Assembly (NCBI GenBank): GCA_037447435.1
Contig: JBBIGR010000012.1
Location: forward strand, 1-64,000
From: Fibrobacteria bacterium
GTDB lineage: Bacteria; Fibrobacterota; Chitinivibrionia; Chitinivibrionales; FEN-1185
Length of the DNA: 64,000 nt
Direction: 5' to 3'
Translations under genes and position numbers: made by a program
In this document: one piece after another, positions 1 through 9,683 of the stretch
Layout of the letters: the number at the start of each line of letters is the position of its first letter
Position numbering within the stretch: the stretch's first letter is position 1
The notes under the pieces: model-generated
Told to the model about the DNA's origin: nothing
The model's database searches: none
Seen by the model: only the letters and a program-made list of their open reading frames with translations

Positions 1-235
1 TATTCCCGATGGATTCTAAAAATTATTATTAATTGTTTAAATACTATTTTATTTCGATTATTTTCCGATTTTTCAAATATTTTAAGATAAGATTGAAGCA
101 TTTTTCTAAAACAATCATTTCAAAACGATTATATTTCATTCTCTTTGGAAATAATTATTATTTCGACTAAAACAATTTTGTCCTGAAGACTTCTTGCAAT
201 TTGCAATAGAATTCTTCGATGCGGCCCGCGGAATC

Positions 236-1603
236 ATGTTAGAAACAATCACACATCTTGTTACCAATTACGGTTATATAATCGTTGCGATATTTATTCT
301 TCTTGAATGTGCCGGGTTTCCATTGCCCGGAGAAACTGCGCTTCTTGTTGCAGCAGGTTTTGCGGGCGCCGGAAAACTTTCAATTATGACGGTCATCATT
401 ATAGCAGCTTCTTCTGCCATAATCGGTGATGCGGGCGGATACTGGATTGGTAGATTGCTGGGTCGAGGGTTCGTGGAACGATTCGGGAAATACGTTGGTC
501 TTAACAATAAAAAGCTGGATTTTTTACAAGGCTTTTTTGTCAAGCACGGTTCGTTGACTGTTTTCTTCGGAAGGTTTGTCAGTATTTTGCGCACCTATTC
601 CGCGCTTTTTGCGGGTATCAGTAAGATGTCGTATGTATCTTTTACAATATTCAATGCCTTAGGAGGGATATTTTGGGCTTTGATATTCGGCACTATCGGC
701 TTTTTATTTGGTCAAAATCTTGACGAAGTAGAGTTAATGATCAGAGTATTCGGTTGGGGCGCCCTGGTCGGCCTCGGTATTTTTGCTTCCGGATGGTATA
801 TGCAGCGATTTACTAAAACAACTACCGAAGACTTACGAAGGTCGCCGGGGCTTAAAGGCCTAATTTCCCGCTTTATTTCCGGATCTGCCTTGGTAACAAT
901 GCGCAACGGCGTTTCCCGATTGTCGCGATTTGCGGTAATTATGCTTTTTACCGTAGGCCTTACGATTACCGCCTTGATCATTCTTTTTATTTCGGGTACG
1001 ACACATACTTTTTCCGATTACGACCCGTTGGTGCGCTTTGAAGAGCTCATGTCCACGATGATAGATGCTTTATTGACCCAAAGTCAAAGCATGCTCTTTC
1101 TTTATATCGCCAAATTCGGTTCTGCATTAAGCGTTTACCTTGGGATTGGTACTGCGATCGTTTCCTTTTTCCTGCAACGCAGATTGTACATGTTCACTAT
1201 GATTTTCGGTATTATTGGCGGTGAAGCCTTAAATGCGTTGCTCGCTTTTTTAAACAGGGGTTATTCTGTTTTTGTTTCTTCGCATTTGTCGGTTAGGCTC
1301 AGCTATTTATTCATTTATGACAACATGATAATACCGATTGTGGTTTTCGGTATGCTCGCTTATTTTGCGATGAGCGCAACCAAGCAAATGCTCTCTGCAC
1401 TTTCCGTTCTCGTCGGTCTGAGCATTCCGGCATTAGTCATTGTCGTATGCTTCTTTTTATGCGGGTTACATGGCGGAATTGCCTTTTTCGAAGAGTTGCT
1501 TTGCGCAATTGTATGGTTATGGATTTGTATCGGCTTGATTCAATTTATTCGCCTTCGCCAGCAGCAAACGGCTCTTGCCAAAGAAATTGCCGAGGGAGCA
1601 TGA
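236..1603 (+). CDS. DedA/VTT-family membrane protein fused to a degenerate PAP2-like C-terminal membrane domain
   Basis: DedA motifs LECAGFPLPGE, GDxxGYWIGR, FFGRFVSILR; extra C-terminal TM bundle. ATG at 236 preferred over TTG at 194. Confidence 0.85.
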   Translation: MLETITHLVTNYGYIIVAIFILLECAGFPLPGETALLVAAGFAGAGKLSIMTVIIIAASSAIIGDAGGYWIGRLLGRGFVERFGKYVGLNNKKLDFLQGFFVKHGSLTVFFGRFVSILRTYSALFAGISKMSYVSFTIFNALGGIFWALIFGTIGFLFGQNLDEVELMIRVFGWGALVGLGIFASGWYMQRFTKTTTEDLRRSPGLKGLISRFISGSALVTMRNGVSRLSRFAVIMLFTVGLTITALIILFISGTTHTFSDYDPLVRFEELMSTMIDALLTQSQSMLFLYIAKFGSALSVYLGIGTAIVSFFLQRRLYMFTMIFGIIGGEALNALLAFLNRGYSVFVSSHLSVRLSYLFIYDNMIIPIVVFGMLAYFAMSATKQMLSALSVLVGLSIPALVIVVCFFLCGLHGGIAFFEELLCAIVWLWICIGLIQFIRLRQQQTALAKEIAEGA

Positions 1604-1622
1604 AAGATCAAGATCGCCGGTC

Positions 1623-1657
1623 AAAAAAACCCTTCGGCCCCCCCATGGAGCCGAAGG
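1623..1657 (-). terminator. Intrinsic terminator between convergent dedA and gpmA
   Basis: CCTTCGGC/GCCGAAGG inverted repeat with an A7 tract at 1623-1629 (U-tail on the minus strand). Confidence 0.6.
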
Positions 1658-1682
1658 AATATATGGTCAACATCCTTTTTTA

Positions 1683-2429
1683 CTATTTCGCTTTTCCCTG
1701 ATTCTTTACTGCGTTTAACGCTGCATCGAGTTCCGCTTGGTCTGCCAAATAATAGTGTTTTATCGGCTTAAGGTTATCATCCAATTCGTAAACAAGCGGA
1801 ATACCGGTTGGTATATTGAGGGAAATAATGTCTTTTTCCGACACATTGTCCAAATGTTTGACAAGGGCACGAAGACTATTGCCGTGTGCCGCTATAATCA
1901 CTTTTTTTCCCGATTTCATGGCAGGTACTATCATATCGTTCCAACACGGCATGAAACGTGCTACGGTATCCTTTAAGCATTCGGTTTTCGGAACATCGTT
2001 TTTATTCATAGAACGATATCGAGGGTCATTGATCGGATAACGCGGATCGGTTACTTCGAGAACCGGCGGTGGAATATCATAACTCCTGCGCCATACAAGA
2101 ACCTGCTCTTCGCCGTATTTTGCTGCGGTTTCCGATTTGTTCAAACCTTGCAAACCGCCATAATGACGTTCGTTCAGTCGCCACGTATGTTCGACGGGAA
2201 TCCACATGAGATCCAATTGATCAAGAGTGATCCAAAGTGTCCGTATTGCACGTCGAAGCATGGATGTATAGGCTATGTCAAAGGAATACCCTTCGGCTTT
2301 CAGCCTTTGGCCGCCTCGTTTTGCCTCTTCCAATCCTTTTTCAGAAAGATCCACATCGGTCCATCCGGTAAAACGGTTTTCCTTGTTCCAGACACTTTCG
2401 CCATGCCGTACCAGTACGAGCTTTATCAT
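1683..2429 (-). CDS. gpmA: 2,3-bisphosphoglycerate-dependent phosphoglycerate mutase
   Basis: [50 protein letters not shown]. Confidence 0.97.
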   Translation of the reverse strand: MIKLVLVRHGESVWNKENRFTGWTDVDLSEKGLEEAKRGGQRLKAEGYSFDIAYTSMLRRAIRTLWITLDQLDLMWIPVEHTWRLNERHYGGLQGLNKSETAAKYGEEQVLVWRRSYDIPPPVLEVTDPRYPINDPRYRSMNKNDVPKTECLKDTVARFMPCWNDMIVPAMKSGKKVIIAAHGNSLRALVKHLDNVSEKDIISLNIPTGIPLVYELDDNLKPIKHYYLADQAELDAALNAVKNQGKAK

Positions 2430-2719
2430 GTTTTTTCTCCTTATTGAGGTGATTAATAATAATGAGCTCTTTTAAAAAAGAATTGGTAAAAATACTTTTA
2501 AGCACAGGGAATAAAATATTTTCTTCTTTCTTCTTTTGCATAAGCAGCAAAGAACTATTTCTAATCTGTTGCGCCCCTCCTTTGCTATTGCTTGGGAGGA
2601 TATCACATTGATCATAACTGCGCATCCTGCGTAGATATTTTTATATTGGTACTTATCGAATGCAACAAGGAAATCTTTTTCATTAGCTAAAATCAGAACA
2701 TCCTGGTTAGGAGAAAAAA

Positions 2720-4207
2720 ATGTACGAGAAAAAACATGATTCTTTTTTTGATGAAGACAACGAAGAAGCAAAAGCTGAAAAGCAGTTATTAAATATGCTT
2801 CCCGGATATGTTAAGCCTGCGACAACTATGTTGGAAGTGGGAAACAAAGTTTCCGGTAAAATTATTAAAATCGGCAAGCAAAGCGTGTTTGTGGAGCTTG
2901 GCGGGAAAAACGAGGCCGCAATCGAATCATTTGAATTGACCAAAGAAGATGGCACACTTACCGTTAATGTCGGCGATACAATTGAAGCTTACGTCGTATC
3001 TATGAAGGGCGGGATCACGCTTTCGACAAAACTTTCCTCCAAAGCGGCATCAGAATCTTCAATGGCCGACATCATCAATGCAATGAATACGAAAATTCCC
3101 GTTGAAGGTAAGGTGACGGGTATCAATAAAGGCGGATTCAATATTAAGATCATGGGTCAAAAGGCCTTTTGCCCGGTTTCACAAATCGATTTACGACGCG
3201 TTGAAGATCAAAACGTGTATTTAAACCGAGTTTTCTCCTTTGTCATAACGCGCGTTACGGAAAACGGACGTAACATAGTCGTATCTCGCCTGCCGCTTCT
3301 CGAGGACGACATGGCAAAAATTCTTGACGATATTGCGGGAAAAGCCGTTTCAAAAACCAGCATTACCGGTACGATTTCTCGGATAATGGCCTTTGGCCTC
3401 TTTGTGGACCTTGGCGGATTCGAAGGACTTGTCCACATATCCGAAGTTTCATGGGAGCGAGCGGAAAACCTCGAAAAGAGTTTTGAAATCGGTCAAAAAG
3501 TGGATTGCGTCGTGCTCGGTGTCGAGCGGAAAGAACCTCTGCGGCTTTCGAAAATTTCTCTTTCCATTAAGCAAGTTCTTGCGAATCCATGGTCGACCGT
3601 GACATCAACCTTTTCCGTGGGACAGTCTGTTGAGGGGAAAATTACCCGACTGGCAAACTTTGGAGCTTTTGTACAGCTTATCCCCGGAGTTGAAGGGTTG
3701 ATTCATATTTCGGAATTGAGTTGGGAAAAGAAAATTAGACATCCTTCCGACATTGTAAATCCCGGCCAGATCGTGACGGTCACCATTCTCGGCATCAATC
3801 AGGACAAACAGGAAATCAGTTGCAGCCTCAAAGACCTTTCAAGTGACCCATGGAAAGAGTTGGAAAGCAAATTTTCTCCCGGGACATTGGTAAAGGGTAC
3901 GGTTGCTCAAAACACAAAATTCGGATATTTTATAGATCTCTTTGAAGGAATTACGGGATTATTGCCGTTTGGAAATATTGCCTCGGATAAAAAGGATTCC
4001 ATAAAAGTTGGCGCGCAATTGGATGTTATCATTGAATCGATAGACCTTGAGCGTCGTAGAATTTCCCTTTCTTACGGCAAAGCCGAGGAAAAGTCTAACG
4101 ACGCAGAAGTCAAGCAATTTCTTTCTTCACAAAAACAAACAAACACCGATAATTCAAACACTGAATTCGGTGCCGCATTATTGTCCGCGCTTGGAAAGAA
4201 AAAATAG
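2720..4207 (+). CDS. Multi-S1-domain RNA-binding protein (ribosomal protein S1-like, about five S1 repeats)
   Basis: Repeated S1 motifs FGLFVDLGGFEGLVHISEVSW and FGAFVQLIPGVEGLIHISELSW; RBS AGGAG. Confidence 0.88.
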   Translation: MYEKKHDSFFDEDNEEAKAEKQLLNMLPGYVKPATTMLEVGNKVSGKIIKIGKQSVFVELGGKNEAAIESFELTKEDGTLTVNVGDTIEAYVVSMKGGITLSTKLSSKAASESSMADIINAMNTKIPVEGKVTGINKGGFNIKIMGQKAFCPVSQIDLRRVEDQNVYLNRVFSFVITRVTENGRNIVVSRLPLLEDDMAKILDDIAGKAVSKTSITGTISRIMAFGLFVDLGGFEGLVHISEVSWERAENLEKSFEIGQKVDCVVLGVERKEPLRLSKISLSIKQVLANPWSTVTSTFSVGQSVEGKITRLANFGAFVQLIPGVEGLIHISELSWEKKIRHPSDIVNPGQIVTVTILGINQDKQEISCSLKDLSSDPWKELESKFSPGTLVKGTVAQNTKFGYFIDLFEGITGLLPFGNIASDKKDSIKVGAQLDVIIESIDLERRRISLSYGKAEEKSNDAEVKQFLSSQKQTNTDNSNTEFGAALLSALGKKK

Positions 4208-4216
4208 GGAGAAATC

Positions 4217-5203
4217 ATGACAAAACGGATACTTGTCGTCGGCGGCGCCGGTTACATCGGCAGTCATGTGACCAGGGCCTTTTTAGATAGTGGCGTCGAT
4301 GTTACTGTTTACGACAACCTTTCTCTCGGGAGAAAGGAGAACCTTTTCTCCGAAGCGAAATTCGTTTTGGGCGATATCCTCGATTTCCCGCTCTTAAATC
4401 AAACTATGTCCCAAGGATTCAACGGCATTATACATTTGGCTGCCTTAAAGGCTGCCGGAGAATCCATGGAATTTCCGGAAAAATATTCCACCAATAATAT
4501 TTCAGGCGCAATGAATCTTTTAAATGCCGCGTCATTAAATAATATTAAGGCAATTGTTTTTTCTTCAAGCGCCGCAGTATACGGATCGCCAACGTACGTT
4601 CCCGTAGATGAAAGCCATGCAACCGAACCTATTAATTATTATGGGTTTACAAAATTGGAAATCGAACGGTTTTTAAAATGGTATGAACAAATAAAGGGAA
4701 TACGGTTTGCCGCTTTACGCTATTTTAATGCGGCCGGCTACGATATACAAGGCAGAATAAAAGGTCTTGAAAAAAATCCGCAAAACCTGTTACCCATCGT
4801 CATGGAGGTTGCCGCTGGCGCAAGAAAAAGCATGAATATTTTCGGCAACGATTACGATACCAAAGACGGAACCGGCGTCAGGGATTATGTACATGTTTCC
4901 GATCTGGCAAATGCGCATGTAAAAGCCTTTGATTTCATTACACAAAACAATCAAAGCCTTATTGTAAATTTAGGCAGCGAAAATGGAATTAGCGTAATGG
5001 AAATGATAGAATCGGCACGGAAAATTTCCGGCAAAACCATTACCGCCAACGTTGTCCCCCGCCGTGCAGGGGATCCTGCAAAAATGGTTGCTTCGTCTGC
5101 GAAAGCTCATTCTTTACTTGGATGGAAAGCAAAGTATAGCGATTGTGATACGCTCGTTTCAAGTACATGGGAAGTATATAAGGAATTGGCAAAAGGTTGT
5201 TAA
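4217..5203 (+). CDS. galE: UDP-glucose 4-epimerase
   Basis: GGAGYIGSH, FSSSAAVYG, YGFTK, LRYFNAAG, GTGVRDYVHV, RRAGDP. Confidence 0.95.
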   Translation: MTKRILVVGGAGYIGSHVTRAFLDSGVDVTVYDNLSLGRKENLFSEAKFVLGDILDFPLLNQTMSQGFNGIIHLAALKAAGESMEFPEKYSTNNISGAMNLLNAASLNNIKAIVFSSSAAVYGSPTYVPVDESHATEPINYYGFTKLEIERFLKWYEQIKGIRFAALRYFNAAGYDIQGRIKGLEKNPQNLLPIVMEVAAGARKSMNIFGNDYDTKDGTGVRDYVHVSDLANAHVKAFDFITQNNQSLIVNLGSENGISVMEMIESARKISGKTITANVVPRRAGDPAKMVASSAKAHSLLGWKAKYSDCDTLVSSTWEVYKELAKGC

Positions 5204-5907
5204 ACAGTACCTCGAATGAAACATTGTTTAACATGTGGTGCAAATAATTCCTTGAAATTTTTAATCTCCTCATTGGGAATCAATTCTTTTTCAGCAAATT
5301 GCGGATCAAGCAATTCAACTTTGTTTTGCATAGGTTGCAAATACACTGTTGATATTCCTTTACAAAAATCACAGAGACTTTGAATTATTTCTCGCGAAAC
5401 AAAACCGGGAGCACAGGTGATACGTACCTCGGAATTTTCTTTCATGCCCCGTGCAATACAAAGGGATTGTCGGAGGCGACTTTCCGTGTCCTCATAAGGT
5501 GATTTGCACATTTCTTTGTAAAGCGAGGGCAACGTCTTAATATCGAGTCCTAAAAAATCGGGTTTTATTTGTTCGATGACATCCGGAAGCAAACCATTGG
5601 TATCGAGTTTGATTTTATAGCCGAGCTTACGCACCAATTCGACAGCAGCTCCCAGATTGGCATGAAGCGTTGGCTCTCCGCCTGAAAAAACAACGCCGTC
5701 TATGATATTCCAACGCTGCTGTAAAAATTCCCATATGGAATTTTCGGCTATTTGATTATCCTGCGACGCTTTAACAATGCCGGGATTGTGGCAATACGGA
5801 CATTGTAAATTGCATGAGGAAAAAAAAAGCACGGTGGATACCGTGCCCGGATAATCTATGAATGAATTTTTCTGCCAGCCTACAACGCCAGCGAAGGTTC
5901 CTTGCAT
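5200..5907 (-). CDS. nrdG: Anaerobic ribonucleoside-triphosphate reductase activating protein (radical SAM)
   Basis: SFIDYPG, CNLQCPYCHNP, FSGGEPT, KLDTNG; directly downstream of and overlapping nrdD. Confidence 0.92.
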   Translation of the reverse strand: MQGTFAGVVGWQKNSFIDYPGTVSTVLFFSSCNLQCPYCHNPGIVKASQDNQIAENSIWEFLQQRWNIIDGVVFSGGEPTLHANLGAAVELVRKLGYKIKLDTNGLLPDVIEQIKPDFLGLDIKTLPSLYKEMCKSPYEDTESRLRQSLCIARGMKENSEVRITCAPGFVSREIIQSLCDFCKGISTVYLQPMQNKVELLDPQFAEKELIPNEEIKNFKELFAPHVKQCFIRGTV

Positions 5908-8006
5908 GCAACATCCTCTTTGGCTACCGTTGTTGACACCCCCGGTTTAATCTCCGGTTTATAAATTTTTCTATCCCGGTATTCGGATTTCTTTCCCAAA
6001 TTCCAGTTCTGCACAGGCCGATAATATCCGACAATGCGGGAGTATACTTCGGTTTCTTCACCGCAACTTGAGCACGAAAAATGTTCGCCGCGAAGATAGC
6101 CATGTCGTTTACACACGGAAAAAGTCGGCGACAAGGTGAAATAGGGAATTTCGTAATTTGTGGCTATCTTTTTAACCAGTTGTTTGCATGCCTCGACATC
6201 ATCAATCGATTCACCCAAAAAGCAATGGAACACCGTCCCGCCCGTATAAAGCTTTTGAATGTCGTTTTGCATATCGAGAGCTTCAAAAACATCGTCGGTC
6301 GTCGTGACCGGCAGTTGGGTGGAATTGGTATAATAGGGATTGTCGCCGCCGGAAATAATCATTCGAGAAAATTTCTGTCTGTCTATTTTTGCAAGCCGGT
6401 AACTGGTCCCTTCCCCGGGGGTCGCTTCCAAATTATATAAATGTCCTGTTTCTTCCTGGAATTTAACGAGTTTCTCCCTCATGTAAACAAGGACGTCTTT
6501 CGCAAATTCTCGCGCTTCGGGATGAGTAAGGTCTTTGCCGAGGAAATTTTGCGTTGACTCGTTCATGCCGATAAGGCCGATTGTTGAAAAATGATTGTTC
6601 CAATGCCTCAAATAGCGTTGCGTATACGGGAATAGCCCCTGGTCCATGAGTCGGGTAATTACGCGACGCTTGATTTCCAGGCTATCGCGGGCAACGCTCA
6701 TAAAATGGTCGAGCTGGCTGAAATAATCTTCACGCGATGATGATAAATAACCGATTCGAGGTAAATTGAGCGTCACGACTCCGATAGACCCGGTAAACTC
6801 GTCGGAACCGAACAGACCGCCACCGCGGTTGCGAAGTTCTCTTTTATCGAGCTGCAATCTGCAGCACATGGAGCGCACGTCACTGGGATCCAGACTCGAA
6901 TTAATGAAATTCTGGAAATACGGCGTCCCGTATTTTCCCGTCATTTTAAACAATAATTGGGCATTTTCACTGTCCCAATTGAAATTATCGGTAAGATTAT
7001 AGGTCGGGATAGGATATGAAAAACCACGACCGTCGGCATCGCCTTCTATAAGAATCTCCAAGAAAGCCTTGTTGATCATGTCCATTTCTTTTTGGAAATC
7101 GCCATAGGTTACGTCCAATGCCACACCCCCGACAACCGCCGGCTGATCTTTCAGGTCTTCAGGAACAACCCAGTCGAAAGTAATGTTGGTAAAAGGCGCC
7201 TGAGATCCCCATCGTGACGGCGTATTCACGCCGAAAACAAAAGATTGAATGTTCTGTTTTACTTCGGCATACGAAAGTTTGTTCACCCGAACAAAAGGAG
7301 CCAAATAGGTGTCGAAAGAGGAAAAAGCCTGGGCTCCGGCCCATTCATTTTGCAGTATACCGAGAAAATTCACCATTTGTTGCACTAATGTTGACAAATG
7401 TTTTGGAGGTTTTGATGAAATTTTTCCTTTGACGCCGCCCAAACCTTCGGCAATAAGCTGCCGAAGAGACCAACCTGCGCAATAGCCTGAAAACATGGAT
7501 AAATCATGCAAATGAATTTCACCGTTGCGGTGAGCTTCCGAAATTTCATGCGGATAAATATTATCAAGCCAATAATTTGCCGTAATTGCACCGCTATTAT
7601 AAAGGATTAAACCGCCTAAAGAATAGCTGACATTCGAATTTTCATTGACGCGCCAATCCGATTGCTTCAAATATCCGTCCATTGTATTGACAATATCGAG
7701 AAGAATATCCTTAGTACTGCGGGCTCTTCGACGTTGTTCGCGATAGAGGATGTACGCTTTAGCAACTCGGGCCTGACCGCTTTCGATAAGTACTTTCTCG
7801 ACAATATCTTGTAATTCTTCGACTGCGGGTATCGAATTGGAATGGAATTTATTCGCGATTGCTTGTTCCACCTGCTTTGCGAGCTGAAGCGCAAGACCGA
7901 AATCCTTACCGCCGACAGCCTCTGCGGCTTTGAAAATGGCATTTGCGATTTTGTAATTGTCATAGGGAACAAGCTTGCCGTCACGTTTTCTGATTGTAGA
8001 AATCAT
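5880..8006 (-). CDS. nrdD: Class III (anaerobic) ribonucleoside-triphosphate reductase with N-terminal ATP-cone
   Basis: ATP-cone IRKRDGK, SMCCRLQLD finger loop, zinc site CKRH..CSSC, glycyl-radical loop YSRIVGYYRPV. Confidence 0.96.
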   Translation of the reverse strand: MISTIRKRDGKLVPYDNYKIANAIFKAAEAVGGKDFGLALQLAKQVEQAIANKFHSNSIPAVEELQDIVEKVLIESGQARVAKAYILYREQRRRARSTKDILLDIVNTMDGYLKQSDWRVNENSNVSYSLGGLILYNSGAITANYWLDNIYPHEISEAHRNGEIHLHDLSMFSGYCAGWSLRQLIAEGLGGVKGKISSKPPKHLSTLVQQMVNFLGILQNEWAGAQAFSSFDTYLAPFVRVNKLSYAEVKQNIQSFVFGVNTPSRWGSQAPFTNITFDWVVPEDLKDQPAVVGGVALDVTYGDFQKEMDMINKAFLEILIEGDADGRGFSYPIPTYNLTDNFNWDSENAQLLFKMTGKYGTPYFQNFINSSLDPSDVRSMCCRLQLDKRELRNRGGGLFGSDEFTGSIGVVTLNLPRIGYLSSSREDYFSQLDHFMSVARDSLEIKRRVITRLMDQGLFPYTQRYLRHWNNHFSTIGLIGMNESTQNFLGKDLTHPEAREFAKDVLVYMREKLVKFQEETGHLYNLEATPGEGTSYRLAKIDRQKFSRMIISGGDNPYYTNSTQLPVTTTDDVFEALDMQNDIQKLYTGGTVFHCFLGESIDDVEACKQLVKKIATNYEIPYFTLSPTFSVCKRHGYLRGEHFSCSSCGEETEVYSRIVGYYRPVQNWNLGKKSEYRDRKIYKPEIKPGVSTTVAKEDVACKEPSLAL

Positions 8007-8069
8007 GGTTAATTATCCTTTGACGCTTAGATATATCAGAAATTTTTATTGTCTTGGGAAAAACGGACA

Positions 8070-8116
8070 CCACAACATATGGTTTTATTTGATAAACAGT
8101 ATACTATATCTTCGGA
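8070..8116. promoter_or_regulatory. Tandem NrdR boxes upstream of nrdD
   Basis: CCACAACATATGGTTT (8070-8085) and ATACTATATCTTCGGA (8101-8116) resemble acaCwAtATaTwGtgt, with starts 31 bp apart as is typical of NrdR box pairs. Confidence 0.75.
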
Positions 8117-8273
8117 ATTAGTGTCAACATTCTCCTAATAAAAAAATTATGATTTTTTAATGATTTTTACAAAAAAAAACTTGCGTGGGAAATGACCTGG
8201 AATTTTTCCGAAGGAATTTCGCGACAGACAAGAATTTGGGTATTTTTATCTGCCGCTTTGAATAGTGCTTACA

Positions 8274-9683
8274 TTACTTAGAAACAGACGGGACCGCGTC
8301 CACCTTTTTATTGATGATATGCGGGGTCACAAACACGATAAGATCTCTTTTGTCTATTGTTTTTGTCGATCGTTTGAACAAATTTCCGATGAGCGGGATA
8401 TCTTTAAGCACCGGAATACCTTCTTCGGTGTTCATTGTCTGGTTCGATGTAAGACCTGCAATAACCACTGTTTCGCCGTCCGATACTACAACGTTGGTAG
8501 AAGCGCTTTGTTCGTCGATGATCGGCAGGTCATTGGTCAGGGTATAGCTTTTTTTCTTGGGCTCCAAGGCAAGCATGATGCGTTTTTCACCCGTAATATG
8601 CGGCGTAACGGTTAATTCCGTCCCTGCATCAACCATCTGGATGACCGTGTTAAAAGACTTATCAAGGTATTTTACCGGGACTTGGCTACCCATAAAAATC
8701 TTGGCTTCTTTATTATCGACCGTTGTGATTTGCGGCTGCGCAACTACTTCGGCTTTATTGTTTTGGAATAAATATTCAAGAGCAGCCGAAAATTTATCTT
8801 GCGATACAACGCCAAAGGTAAGTCTTTCCAAAGCGCCTTCAATGATACTTGTCGACGACACGGATGCTACCGCTCCCGACGCTGAAGTCGTTGCCGCACC
8901 TACAGGGATATGCTCTGCGCTGACATCGGTTCCGGCAACACGGTCAAAGTATCCCCATCGGACACCGAGGCTTTGCAAGGCGCCCGAACTGACTTCAATT
9001 ATCTTGCAGGATATTGAAACTTGATCGGTTTCCACATCCAATTGTTTTATAGTTTTTTTAATTTGATCGATATTTTGGTCGGTATCGAAAATGATTAACG
9101 CATTATTACGATCAACCACGGTAATTTTCCCTCTGGCCGAGAGCATTGACTGTATTGCTGTACTCATTTCCTGAGCTTTAACATTATCCAATTTTATTAC
9201 TTCACGTTTTAATTCTTGTAAGGCTTCTTCCGCTCTGTTCATAGAAGCATCCGACATTTCTTGTTTGCGATAATCTTCGGAAGGCACGATATAATAATAA
9301 GAAGACTCTTTGACCGCAGTGAGTTTTTCTATTTTGCAAACAATCCCGACGATTTCGCGCCATGTTTTATTGGAAACCGACAACGACACCGTACCGGTTA
9401 TATTGTCTGCCAAAACAATGTCGTAGCCGGCAAATTCGGACAATTGTTTGAAGACCGCCCTTACATCCGCATTGTTCACGGCAAAATGCTCGATGGGCTT
9501 TTCATTTTGCAAACGTTTCGACGCATCCGCCTGGGTGGGCATGGGAGCGGCACCTTCGGTAGAAGCAGCAGTAAGTTGCTCATTGTGCATTGCAGCCATT
9601 AAAGGCGGAGCAGACAGTACTAACAGCACAGCAACGACAACAACCGTCATGATACGGGCCATTGTGTCCATAGGTATCCTCAT
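8274..9683 (-). CDS. pilQ: Type IV pilus secretin
   Basis: STN/N domains and secretin C-terminus (PQITTVDNKEAKI, VVVSDGETVVIAGL, GIPVLKDIPLIGNLFK, LIVFVTPHII); last gene of pilMNOP. Confidence 0.92.
   Translation of the reverse strand: MRIPMDTMARIMTVVVVAVLLVLSAPPLMAAMHNEQLTAASTEGAAPMPTQADASKRLQNEKPIEHFAVNNADVRAVFKQLSEFAGYDIVLADNITGTVSLSVSNKTWREIVGIVCKIEKLTAVKESSYYYIVPSEDYRKQEMSDASMNRAEEALQELKREVIKLDNVKAQEMSTAIQSMLSARGKITVVDRNNALIIFDTDQNIDQIKKTIKQLDVETDQVSISCKIIEVSSGALQSLGVRWGYFDRVAGTDVSAEHIPVGAATTSASGAVASVSSTSIIEGALERLTFGVVSQDKFSAALEYLFQNNKAEVVAQPQITTVDNKEAKIFMGSQVPVKYLDKSFNTVIQMVDAGTELTVTPHITGEKRIMLALEPKKKSYTLTNDLPIIDEQSASTNVVVSDGETVVIAGLTSNQTMNTEEGIPVLKDIPLIGNLFKRSTKTIDKRDLIVFVTPHIINKKVDAVPSVSK

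Noticed and set aside
2472..2771. Short ORFs between gpmA and the S1 gene
   Set aside because: AT-rich divergent promoter region; ORFs overlap real genes and lack motifs
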